A model generated the notes under the pieces. It made no database searches and was not told the DNA's origin. It saw only the letters and a list, made by a program, of their open reading frames with translations. From contig CAZVGK010000050.1 in NCBI GenBank assembly GCA_964626665.1, positions 1 to 14,684 on the forward strand: a stretch of 14,684 nt of DNA, in the 5' to 3' direction. Below are positions 1-7,536 of the stretch, piece after piece. The stretch is from an uncultured Gemmatimonadota bacterium (GTDB lineage: Bacteria; SM23-81; DAOVCL01). Positions within the stretch are counted from its first letter, which is position 1, and each line of letters begins with the position of its first letter. The position numbers and the translations under genes were made by a program.

Positions 1-219
1 AAGAACGATTTTTTCCAAAAAACGGCTTGACTCAACTTAGGAAATCTACAATGCCTTCCAACAGGGTTTCCCACATAGGTAGCAGAAAAGGGGATAGGCC
101 ACCTTCGCCCTCAGATAAGGTGATCTAATCGCCCAGTTGGTGACGAGTGATCGAGCCAGGGCCTTCATCTCTTGCAACAACAGAAAACAACCTCAAATCC
201 AAGAAAAGGATTTTTTCAC

Positions 220-248
220 TTGACGGGGGGGGAGACTTTCTTTATTTT
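220..248 (+). promoter_or_regulatory. Putative sigma70 promoter for ccdA-tlpA
   Basis: TTGACG (220-225), 17-nt spacer, TATTTT (243-248); RBS AGGAGG at 271-276. Confidence 0.55.
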
Positions 249-285
249 ATCTCCTCCAAATTCTTACTTGAGGAGGTTTTTTTTT

Positions 286-984
286 ATGTCGAACATCTCC
301 ATCTTAGCGGCTTTCCTTGCCGGGGTAATCTCCTTTGTCTCCCCCTGCGTCCTGCCCTTAGTGCCGGCCTACATCTCCTTTATCTCAGGCATCTCCATTC
401 AAGAGCTCATCCAGGGAGAAGATAAGAAAAGGGCGCTAAAGGGGGTTATCCTCAACTCTCTCCTCTTTGTGGCTGGTTTTTCCCTAATTTTTATCGGTTT
501 AGGGGCATCGGCCACCCTAATTGGTCAATTTCTTCTCTCCAAGATGGATACTTTGGCCAAGATAGCGGGGGTAATCATTGCCATCTTTGGACTGCACACC
601 GCAGGCATCTTCAAAATCGGGTTCCTCAACTATGAAAAGAGGTTTCAAGCTAAGAAGAAGATTGGCCCCCTTGGCTCCTTTTTGGTGGGGTTGGCTTTTG
701 CCTTTGGTTGGACACCCTGCGTAGGGCCCATTTTGGCTGGCATCTTGGCCGTGGCCAGCACCCAGGAAACCATCAAACAGGGGATCTTCCTCCTCTCCAG
801 CTACTCCCTGGGTTTGGGCATTCCCTTCATCCTTACGGGGATAGGGATAAACAGGTTCTTTATCATCTTTGGCAAGCTGAAGAAATATTTTCGCTGGGTG
901 GAGATAATCAGCGGAGCTCTGCTGGTGATCGTTGGCGCCCTCATCTTCTTCGGCGCGTTACAGAGGCTAACGAGCGTATTTTAA
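286..984 (+). CDS. ccdA: Cytochrome c biogenesis protein CcdA (DsbD transmembrane domain)
   Basis: Motifs SFVSPCVLPLVP and FGWTPCVGPIL, multiple hydrophobic helices. Start moved from 172 to ATG 286, which follows AGGAGG. Confidence 0.93.
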   Translation: MSNISILAAFLAGVISFVSPCVLPLVPAYISFISGISIQELIQGEDKKRALKGVILNSLLFVAGFSLIFIGLGASATLIGQFLLSKMDTLAKIAGVIIAIFGLHTAGIFKIGFLNYEKRFQAKKKIGPLGSFLVGLAFAFGWTPCVGPILAGILAVASTQETIKQGIFLLSSYSLGLGIPFILTGIGINRFFIIFGKLKKYFRWVEIISGALLVIVGALIFFGALQRLTSVF

Positions 985-1004
985 AAAAGAAAGGAGAAGT
1001 TTGT

Positions 1005-1499
1005 ATGAAAACAAGGATCGGTATCCCCCTAATAATTATCGCTTTAGCTCTCTTTACATCTTGCTCCCATCAAAAGAACCCCGGGAGCACAAAGCTTAAT
1101 TTTGTCCTCCAGGATACAAATGGTAATAGCATAAGCTTGACCAACTTTCGGGGTAAGGTCATTATCCTCGATTTTTGGGACACCTGGTGTCCCCCCTGCG
1201 ACAGGGAAATACCAGACTTTATCAAGCTCTATTCCCAATATAAGGATAGGGGTTTCCAGATGGTAGGAATTGCCCTGGCCAGGAAGGGGGTAGGAGCAGT
1301 TAAAGACTATATGAAGGAAAAGGGAGTGAATTATCCTGTTCTCATCGGCACCAGAGAAATCCTCAAGGCCTATGGCTGCTGCCGAGGTATACCAACAACA
1401 TATACGCTGAACAAAAAGGGGGAAATTTATAAGACCTATGTCGGCTACAGACCGAAGTCGGTCTTTGAGGAGGACATAAAAACCCTCTTAAACCAGTGA
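1005..1499 (+). CDS. TlpA/ResA-family thiol-disulfide oxidoreductase, probable lipoprotein
   Basis: LDFWDTWCPPCDREIP active site, GIPT cis-Pro loop, lipobox-like LALFTSC. ATG 1005 follows AAGGAG; lies directly downstream of ccdA. Confidence 0.9.
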   Translation: MKTRIGIPLIIIALALFTSCSHQKNPGSTKLNFVLQDTNGNSISLTNFRGKVIILDFWDTWCPPCDREIPDFIKLYSQYKDRGFQMVGIALARKGVGAVKDYMKEKGVNYPVLIGTREILKAYGCCRGIPTTYTLNKKGEIYKTYVGYRPKSVFEEDIKTLLNQ

Positions 1500-1689
1500 A
1501 CCTCCCCACCCACAAAGGGGCATCCAAAACACCCCCCTCCCCCTTGATGGGGGAGGACTAAGGAGAGGGTGAGAATTGTCTCCGATTCCCCCCTCACCCT
1601 AACCCTCTCCCACCAGGGGAGAGGGAATTATAAGGATATCATTCATCCCCGTTCACAGAACGGGGCATTCTGATAGGTTTTCGTAGAAA
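1496..1689 (-). mobile_element. Non-autonomous IS200/IS605-like element (PATE-like)
   Basis: On the minus strand it opens with AGAATGCCCCGTTCTGTGAACGGGGATGAATG and closes with GGATGCCCCTTTGTGGGTGGGGAGGTTCAC. These related subterminal hairpins and the TTCAC end resemble IS605-family left and right ends. No transposase. Confidence 0.55.
1536..1625. repeat. REP-like inverted pair of C/G-rich hairpins
   Basis: CCTCCCCC-ttgat-GGGGGAGG (1536-1556) followed by GAGGGTGAG, and CCCTCACCCT-aa-CCCTCTCCC-accag-GGGAGAGGG (1591-1625); the two units are mutually inverted. Confidence 0.75.
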
Positions 1690-1742
1690 TCACTAACGCG
1701 CAATCCGCTTCCTTCTCTGGCGACCGATGGCGAAACAAGAAC

Positions 1743-2537
1743 CTATTTCTCAAAGAGGGAGGGGTCAATCTCGGTGTTCACCTCTAAGTTGTTTATCTTA
1801 TACTGAGAAATCTGTTCTCCCTTGAAAGTTGTTATGCCCTTAAAGGGAAAGATAATCCCCTTTACCTTTCTGAAATCGGAAAAGGAGACAAGGAATTTGC
1901 CTGGGCCCATTTGAGATTCCCCATAATAGGATTGGCCGATGATCCAATAGGTTGCGGGATCGATGTAGGCTTTTAGGCTATCCACCGCGCCCAAGCTATC
2001 AGCTGGGAACTGGAAGAGAAGGGTGGAAACTTTCTTCCCCTGAAAAACCTCTGCCGGTAAAGTTTCCACATTTATCTTACCCTTTTTCCACTCCTTGAGG
2101 AGGTTGAGGCGGTTACGGGATGTCTGTCCTTTGAACTGCTCTACCTGTTGCGGAGGAAGATCCATTCTCCCCCGAGATCCTTCTGTCCAACCCCTTTCCC
2201 CATCGAAGACCTGCACCATCCGACCATAGGGAGAGCTAACCTCCTGCCTTATCTTGTTGGGGAAAATCTGGTATTGGGTGATGGATATACCCATATCCCC
2301 TTGGGGACCTTTCATAGTCACCTCTAAATCAATAACCATATCCTTTATCCCCTCAATGGCCTTCTCTCCTCCCATCGCCTTCATTAGCCTGTTGAGCATC
2401 TCCTCAGTTTTAGCTGGCTGGGGCGAGGCACCCTTCTTTTGAGTATCCCTCGCCTGTTCCTCCGCTCCCTGAGAGGAAACAGTGGAAGCCAACAGGATCA
2501 GGGACAATGTTAGCCCCCAGAAAATTCTCTTAGTCAT
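1743..2537 (-). CDS. Secreted protein, LolA-like / outer-membrane lipoprotein-sorting-like fold
   Basis: Signal peptide MTKRIFWGLTLSLILLASTVSS after RBS AAGGAGG; AMGG..AI, VFDGERGW and FSDFRKVKGIIFPF...N..IDPSLF patterns. Start moved from 2594 to ATG 2537. Confidence 0.7.
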   Translation of the reverse strand: MTKRIFWGLTLSLILLASTVSSQGAEEQARDTQKKGASPQPAKTEEMLNRLMKAMGGEKAIEGIKDMVIDLEVTMKGPQGDMGISITQYQIFPNKIRQEVSSPYGRMVQVFDGERGWTEGSRGRMDLPPQQVEQFKGQTSRNRLNLLKEWKKGKINVETLPAEVFQGKKVSTLLFQFPADSLGAVDSLKAYIDPATYWIIGQSYYGESQMGPGKFLVSFSDFRKVKGIIFPFKGITTFKGEQISQYKINNLEVNTEIDPSLFEK

Positions 2538-2680
2538 AAAACCCTCCTTTAATAATTCACCTTTTGATTTACACCGGTATGTCCATAAAATCAAGAGCTC
2601 TTGCCAATCCTCCCTGGCCTGTGAATAGAGAGGCCATCCAATCCCCCCCGATCAAACCTTAAGCCATTAGACCTCCCTGT

Positions 2681-3205
2681 TTAAGACTCCCCGTAACTTA
2701 TCAATGAGAAGACCTTATAACCCCGAAGTTTTTCCTTGCCTTTAAGACCGATAAGCTCTATAAGAAAGGCAACCTCCACAATGACTCCTTGCAGCTTCTC
2801 CACCAACTGACAGGTGGCCCAGGCGGTGCCACCTGTGGCCAAGAGATCATCTAAGACCAAGACCCTATCCCCGAAGCTGATGGCATCTCGATGAACTTCC
2901 AAGGCATCTTTTCCATATTCCAGTTCATACTCTGCCCTTATGGTCGGGGCGGGGAGTTTGCCTGGCTTCCTTACCGGCACAAATCCCACTCCTAACCTGT
3001 AAGCAAGGGCGCCACCCAGGATAAATCCCCGGGATTCCACCCCGACCACCAGATCTACTCTGCGGGAAGAATATTGCTCATAGAGGGCATCGATCACCCT
3101 CTTAAATGCACTTCCATCCTTTAACAGGGTCGTTATGTCCCGGAAAAGTATCCCCCTTTGGGGGAAGTCAGGGATAGCTCTGATCAGGTTCTTCCAATCC
3201 TCCAT
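2681..3205 (-). CDS. apt: Adenine phosphoribosyltransferase
   Basis: IPDFP..GILFRDITTLL, ESRGFI, RKPGKLP, YELEYG and VLVLDDLLATGGT PRPP-binding motif. Confidence 0.97.
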   Translation of the reverse strand: MEDWKNLIRAIPDFPQRGILFRDITTLLKDGSAFKRVIDALYEQYSSRRVDLVVGVESRGFILGGALAYRLGVGFVPVRKPGKLPAPTIRAEYELEYGKDALEVHRDAISFGDRVLVLDDLLATGGTAWATCQLVEKLQGVIVEVAFLIELIGLKGKEKLRGYKVFSLISYGES

Positions 3206-3216
3206 TAGCTCCTCTC

Positions 3217-3492
3217 TCAGAATTTTATCCTAAAATCCTTATAATCCTTCAGGCCCTCATTTCTTCTCACCACAATCCCGGTAATATTGGCCATCCGAGG
3301 GCCAACTTTTATCACCTTGATAAAATCTCCTATCATCCCCTCCTCCCCCTCCACCTCCATCTCCACCTCTCCATTAGGCAAATTCCTTACCCAACCGTAA
3401 AGCCCATACTCCCTGGCCTGGCGGTCCACAAAAAATCTGAAGCCCACCCCCTGCACCACCCCCCTCGTCAAGATGGTGACATTGGCCTTCAC
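3217..3492 (-). CDS. acyP: Acylphosphatase
   Basis: GVVQGVGFR and GWVRNLPNGEVE signatures, 91 aa. Confidence 0.95.
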   Translation of the reverse strand: MKANVTILTRGVVQGVGFRFFVDRQAREYGLYGWVRNLPNGEVEMEVEGEEGMIGDFIKVIKVGPRMANITGIVVRRNEGLKDYKDFRIKF

Positions 3493-3956
3493 GGAGCCTC
3501 TTGAATTAGCTGGAAGGCTAAATCAACTGCCTCCTGGGGGGTTTGCACCTTATTGATTAAGGGGGATACATCCCAGGTGGAAAGCCCGACAACAGGACAA
3601 CCAAATTTAAGGGCAAAGGAAACCTCAGCCAGGGTGCCATATCTACCGGGGAGGGCAATTAAGGCCTGAGATGACCTAACAATGATTATGTTTCTGGCCT
3701 CTCCTAAGTTGGTTACGATGGGAAGGTCAACCCAGGGATTTGCTTTTTTCACCCTGGAACCAGGCAGAATCCCCACCGTAAATCCGCCTGCTGATTTGGC
3801 CCCCCTGCAGGCTGCTTCCATCACCCCACCCAACCCCCCACAGAGCAGAATCCCCCCTCTCTCCGCTATCCCCTTACCTATCTCCTCCGCTATCTCGGCC
3901 ACTTCAGAGGTGCACTTAGCCCCCCCCACAACCCCTACCCTCGGTTTAATAATCAA
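3489..3956 (-). CDS. TIGR00725-family (LOG/Smf-like Rossmann fold) protein
   Basis: CGGLGGVMEAACRGAK, TVGILPG, RNIIIVRS and GRYGTLAEV motifs. Likely TTG start at 3956 after a G-rich RBS; overlaps the acyP start by 4 nt. Confidence 0.88.
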   Translation of the reverse strand: MIIKPRVGVVGGAKCTSEVAEIAEEIGKGIAERGGILLCGGLGGVMEAACRGAKSAGGFTVGILPGSRVKKANPWVDLPIVTNLGEARNIIIVRSSQALIALPGRYGTLAEVSFALKFGCPVVGLSTWDVSPLINKVQTPQEAVDLAFQLIQEAP

Positions 3957-4092
3957 ACACCCCCCCAACAGACAATCTGAGAGCCATAGGGCTCCAAGCC
4001 CTAAAGTCTTGGGTAAATGTGGATTAAGCAAATGTCGCAGATTAACATGGTGCGGCAACCAAACAACAGCCTCGGATTACACGGAATCCCTG

Positions 4093-4170
4093 GAACACAA
4101 ATGACACGAATAAACGAATCCGCACGAATGGATAAGAAAACACATATTCGCCATAGAATCTCTTGTTGAG
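4093..4170 (+). mobile_element. Isolated, decayed left end of the CACGAAT-repeat element seen at 6651-6827
   Basis: GAACACAAATGACACGAATAAACGAATCCGCACGAATGGATAAGAAAA...TATTC...ATAGAATCTCTTGTTGAG aligns by eye with the minus strand of 6825-6752. Confidence 0.6.
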
Positions 4171-4195
4171 GTGGCAGAACCCCGATTCTGCCACC
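4170..4195. repeat. Perfect 10-bp hairpin (REP-like or terminator-like)
   Basis: GGTGGCAGAA-ccccga-TTCTGCCACC. Confidence 0.6.
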
Positions 4196-4202
4196 ACCTC
4201 CC

Positions 4203-4363
4203 TGAGCTTTCTTCTACCCGGCTTTAGCCGGGGTTGCGTGGGCTTTAGCCCGTTTGGAGTGCTGTGACAGGGTCACAGCATACGTCAACAGGAGTTACCA
4301 CACTCCATATAGGACCTAAAGGCCCTGAACCCGCACTAAAGTGCGGTAGAGGTTGGCTGCTCA
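4203..4363. repeat. Multi-hairpin inverted-repeat element with TTTA/TAAA loops (REPIN-like or structured RNA)
   Basis: Hairpins at 4217-4232, 4240-4251, 4260-4280, 4312-4325 and 4331-4346; long-range pairs TCTACC/GGTAGA, TGGAGTG/CACTCCA and TGAGC/GCTCA. Confidence 0.7.
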
Positions 4364-4516
4364 AGCATACCTGAAAAACTTTGTCAAGAAAAGAAGATCT
4401 GGCAAGTTTGTAGTACAGGGCCACCCAGAGATTAATTCTCCTTCCATTTACCAATTTCTATTTTCAGTCAATACGGGGTAGGTCGTTATGCACTAAAATT
4501 AACCAAACTTAAATAA

Positions 4517-4590
4517 TCGGGGCGACTGGATTTGAACCAGCGGCTTCCACGTCCCGAACGTGGCGCTCTGCCGAGCTGAGCTACGCCCCG
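4517..4590 (-). tRNA. tRNA-Pro(CGG)
   Basis: Cloverleaf CGGGGCG...CGCCCCG-A; anticodon arm CCACG-TT CGG GA-CGTGG; T-loop GGTTCAAATCC; CCA not encoded. Confidence 0.96.
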
Positions 4591-4622
4591 ATCTGAAATT
4601 AACCGACTCCAGCGGGCCTTTT

Positions 4623-4648
4623 TGACAGGATAACAGGATTTACAGGAT
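4623..4648 (+). repeat. ACAGGAT periodic repeat, copy 1
   Basis: TGACAGGATAACAGGATTTACAGGAT, identical to 7537-7562. Confidence 0.85.
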
Positions 4649-4773
4649 TTTCCTATACAAAAATGGAAATACTTTTAAACGAAGCCCCCTTCGGTGGCTA
4701 ATCCTCCAATAGAAGCTCACGGACCCTCTGGCGTTTGTCTTCCCCTAACTGCCAATCTCTAACACATAAGCCC

Positions 4774-5238
4774 TCAAAAGATGTTTATCACTCCCAAAGA
4801 GGTTAAAGTAACCACCCCCCCGGCCAGAAGGATCCCCCCTATTATGGCGGGAAGGGCATACCAGAACCTGATGCCAAAGAGAAAGGCGGCCACCGTCCCC
4901 GTCCAAGCGCCGGTAACAGGAAGTGGTATAGCCACAAAAAGGACCAACCCCAGGGCTTCATATCTTTCCACTACCCCACTCCTGCGGCGAGTGCGGGCAA
5001 AGAGCCATTGAAAAAACCGGCGGAATATGGAAAATTTCCTCATCAACCAATTGGACACCGGATCCAGAAAAAGGAGCAGGGGAATAACCGGAAAAAAGTT
5101 TCCTAAACAAGAGAAGAGATATGCCTTCTCCCAACTCAAACCGCCAAAAGTGAGGGCCCAGGGAATGGCTCCCCTCAACTCTGATATGGGCGCCATAGCG
5201 ATAAGTATTGTATAAAGCTCCTTGGAGACCCCAGACAT
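4774..5238 (-). CDS. COG2426 / putative small multidrug export membrane protein
   Basis: PISELRGAIP and LFVAIPLPVTGAWTG motifs. ATG 5238 overlaps the pcm stop (TGATG coupling). Confidence 0.88.
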   Translation of the reverse strand: MSGVSKELYTILIAMAPISELRGAIPWALTFGGLSWEKAYLFSCLGNFFPVIPLLLFLDPVSNWLMRKFSIFRRFFQWLFARTRRRSGVVERYEALGLVLFVAIPLPVTGAWTGTVAAFLFGIRFWYALPAIIGGILLAGGVVTLTSLGVINIF

Positions 5239-5873
5239 CACCCCTGCCAACCTTCCTCCCCCACCAAGGGGACAAAGCTACAACCGCATATATCATTAAC
5301 AAACACCTTTCCCTCACTCTTCTCCAAGACCTGCAAAATCTGATGGTCCCTTTCCCCCACGGGAATCACCATTAAGCCATTATCACTTAGCTGTTCGATG
5401 AGAGAAGGCGGGATGCGCGGAGCAGAAGCAGTTACCAATATGCGATCATAAGGGGAAAACTGGCTCCACCCTTTGCTCCCATCCCCTACTCTGATCACCA
5501 TGTTTTCATAGCCAAGATCTGAAAGTATTCCCTTAGCCCTTTGAACCAAACCAAGTTCCCTCTCCACCGAGAAGATGTGGGAGGAAAACTGGGCCAGTAT
5601 GGCTGTTTGATACCCCGATCCTGTCCCTATTTCCAATATCTTCTCCCCACCATTTAGCTTAAGGCTCTCGGTCATTAGGGCCACCATATAGGGTTGAGAG
5701 ATAGTCTCTCCCTCCCCAATGGGTAGAGGATAATCGCTATAGGCCTGAGGCCAAAGGGCGGGGTCCACAAATCGATGACGGGGAACCCTGCTCATAGCAT
5801 CTAAAACCCTTTGGTCTCTAATGCCGGAAAGCTGGGTGGAAACCATCCTCTGACGAGCAATCAGGAAGTCCAA
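5238..5873 (-). CDS. pcm: Protein-L-isoaspartate O-methyltransferase
   Basis: VPRHRFV, TISQPYMVA, LEIGTGSGYQTA, GDGSKGW and PYDRILVTA motifs; downstream of surE. Confidence 0.97.
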   Translation of the reverse strand: MDFLIARQRMVSTQLSGIRDQRVLDAMSRVPRHRFVDPALWPQAYSDYPLPIGEGETISQPYMVALMTESLKLNGGEKILEIGTGSGYQTAILAQFSSHIFSVERELGLVQRAKGILSDLGYENMVIRVGDGSKGWSQFSPYDRILVTASAPRIPPSLIEQLSDNGLMVIPVGERDHQILQVLEKSEGKVFVNDICGCSFVPLVGEEGWQG

Positions 5874-6625
5874 AGCTTTAGTTTAGAGCCGAAATCCCAG
5901 TCTCCAATCTCCGGAATTGCTGGATAATTAGTCAGGTCCAGATGGAGAGGGGTAATGGATATTTTCCCTTCTTTCACGGCCTTTATGTCCGTATCATCCT
6001 TCCTATCCCAGACGGGGTATTCCTCCCCAATCAAATAGAGGGAATTGCTTCCCTTGGTTTTCTCTATATTAAGCCCTCTCATCCTCTTCCTTCCCAATCT
6101 GGTCACCTGAACCCCTTTGATCTCCTCAGGGGGAAGACCAGGGAAATTTATGTTCAAGATGGTATGGGGGGGGAGACCCTTCTCCAAACAAAGCTCACAG
6201 ATATGACGGGAGAAGGAGGCGGGATAGGCCAGATCCTGGGGCCTCCGCTGAGCTATGGAGAAAGCCAGAGATGAAATTCCAAAAAGCATCCCCTCCAAGG
6301 CGGCGGCCACCGTCCCCGAATAGGAGACATCATCACCCACATTGGCCCCATGGTTAATCCCGGAGACCACTAAGGCCGGCCTCTCATCTAAGAGTTTTTC
6401 TACCCCTAAGGTGATGCAATCGGTGGGGGTTCCCTCTACCACCCAGGTATCTTTTCCCCTCTTCTCCACCTCGATGGGGGATTGAATGGTAAGGGAGTGG
6501 GAAGAGGCGCTCTGCTCTTTCAAGGGGGCTATCACCACTGTTCGGGCCAGCTTCTCCAGCTCCCCACGCAGGGCAGACAGCCCCTCTGCCTCCACCCCAT
6601 CATCGTTCGTTAAAAGGATAAGCAT
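5861..6625 (-). CDS. surE: 5'/3'-nucleotidase SurE
   Basis: ILLTNDDG, GTPTDC, SGINHGANVG.DV.YSGTVAAA and ISITPL motifs. Confidence 0.97.
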   Translation of the reverse strand: MLILLTNDDGVEAEGLSALRGELEKLARTVVIAPLKEQSASSHSLTIQSPIEVEKRGKDTWVVEGTPTDCITLGVEKLLDERPALVVSGINHGANVGDDVSYSGTVAAALEGMLFGISSLAFSIAQRRPQDLAYPASFSRHICELCLEKGLPPHTILNINFPGLPPEEIKGVQVTRLGRKRMRGLNIEKTKGSNSLYLIGEEYPVWDRKDDTDIKAVKEGKISITPLHLDLTNYPAIPEIGDWDFGSKLKLWTS

Positions 6626-6650
6626 TTGCGTATATAAAAGTATGCTCTAA

Positions 6651-6824
6651 AACACGAATTACACCAATGGGCAAATATCACGAATTTTGACGGATTCATC
6701 TGAGTAACCTGGACCTAATTTGTTATAAACCTCAAAAAATGTTTCTATTATCTCCAACAACAGACCTCTATGAATAAATTTCCTTCCCCATTCGTGAAAT
6801 TTGTATATTCGTGCTATTCGTGTT
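6651..6824. mobile_element. 174-bp element bounded by 35-nt inverted repeats built from ~9-nt CACGAAT units
   Basis: 6651-6685 AACACGAATTACACCAATGGGCAAATATCACGAAT versus the reverse complement of 6790-6824, AACACGAATAGCACGAATATACAAATTTCACGAAT. Confidence 0.75.
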
Positions 6825-6827
6825 CAT
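6659..6827 (-). pseudogene. Remnant of a GxxExxY-family (PD-(D/E)XK) protein gene
   Basis: Frame from 6799 reads FHEWGRKFIHRGLLLEIIETFFEVYNKLGPGYSDESVKIRDICPLV*, matching the recalled family N-terminus IIGxxxEV(H/Y)xxLGPGxxExxY. ATG 6827 (MNTNSTN...) is in another frame, and the catalytic core is absent. Confidence 0.65.
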
Positions 6828-6848
6828 AAAAACTTTATCTCTGCTATC

Positions 6849-7505
6849 TTACCAGAAAAGGGCTCTAAAGGTCAAGGCCATAAAGCGAAGGGTATCCAGG
6901 ATTGGGCTAATCAGAGACTCTTTACCTTGATAGAGAGTGCTCACCGGCACCTGGCCTATTCTAAAACCTGCCTTCGCTCCCTTAATAAGAAGTTCAGACT
7001 CAGTTTGGAAATGGGAAGTGGTCAATCTGATATTTTGCAGAATTTCCCTTCTAATAAGCCTATAGCCGGACTGGCTATCCTCCACTTTGGTGTGGGTGAG
7101 GGCAGAAACAACCGCTGAAGTTAGCCTGTTGCTCAACACCCTGGGCCAGGGCATACCTCTCCGATCTTTCATCCGGGAGCCGATGACCAAATCTGCCTGA
7201 TTGGCTTCAGCTAAGAAAAGGGGGATGAATGAGGGGTTATGCTGGCCATCGGCATCCAGAGTAATCACCCCATCATACCCGGATTTGAGGGCATAATTAA
7301 ATCCCGTGCGCAGAGCCTTCCCTTTCCCCAAATTCTTGGGATGTTTGATAACTTTAGCCCCCAAACTCTTGGCGATTTCCGCCGTGCCATCTTGGGAACC
7401 ATCATCTACCACAACTATACCGAAATCTCTCCCCTTTAATTGAGAAATGAGGGGACCGATGGTGGCCTGAGCATTACAGGCCGGTATAAGCACGGCTAAC
7501 CTCAA
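6849..7505 (-). CDS. Glycosyltransferase family 2 (DPM1-like)
   Basis: VVVDDGSQDGT, NLGKGKAL, ITLDADGQH, LVIGSR and DSQSGYR motifs. Confidence 0.93.
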   Translation of the reverse strand: MRLAVLIPACNAQATIGPLISQLKGRDFGIVVVDDGSQDGTAEIAKSLGAKVIKHPKNLGKGKALRTGFNYALKSGYDGVITLDADGQHNPSFIPLFLAEANQADLVIGSRMKDRRGMPWPRVLSNRLTSAVVSALTHTKVEDSQSGYRLIRREILQNIRLTTSHFQTESELLIKGAKAGFRIGQVPVSTLYQGKESLISPILDTLRFMALTFRALFW

Positions 7506-7536
7506 ACCGAACTTGCCACTTTCGGCGGAACTTTCC

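Noticed and set aside
27-52. TTGACT...TACAAT promoter-like pair
   Set aside because: The spacer is only 14 nt. TTGACA...TATGCT on the minus strand near 4386 was rejected for a 12-nt spacer.
46-168. Minus-strand 40-aa ORF MKALARS...FCYLCGKPCWKAL, with weak hairpins in the same stretch
   Set aside because: No clear RBS and no recognisable protein, riboswitch or 6S motif; cannot be supported from sequence alone.
147-7439. Short alternative-frame or antisense ORFs (e.g. 147-425, 1044-1238, 2254-2442, 3682-4104, 4245-4454, 4958-5317, 5942-6274, 6801-7118)
   Set aside because: They overlap confidently assigned genes or repeat elements and show no protein motifs.
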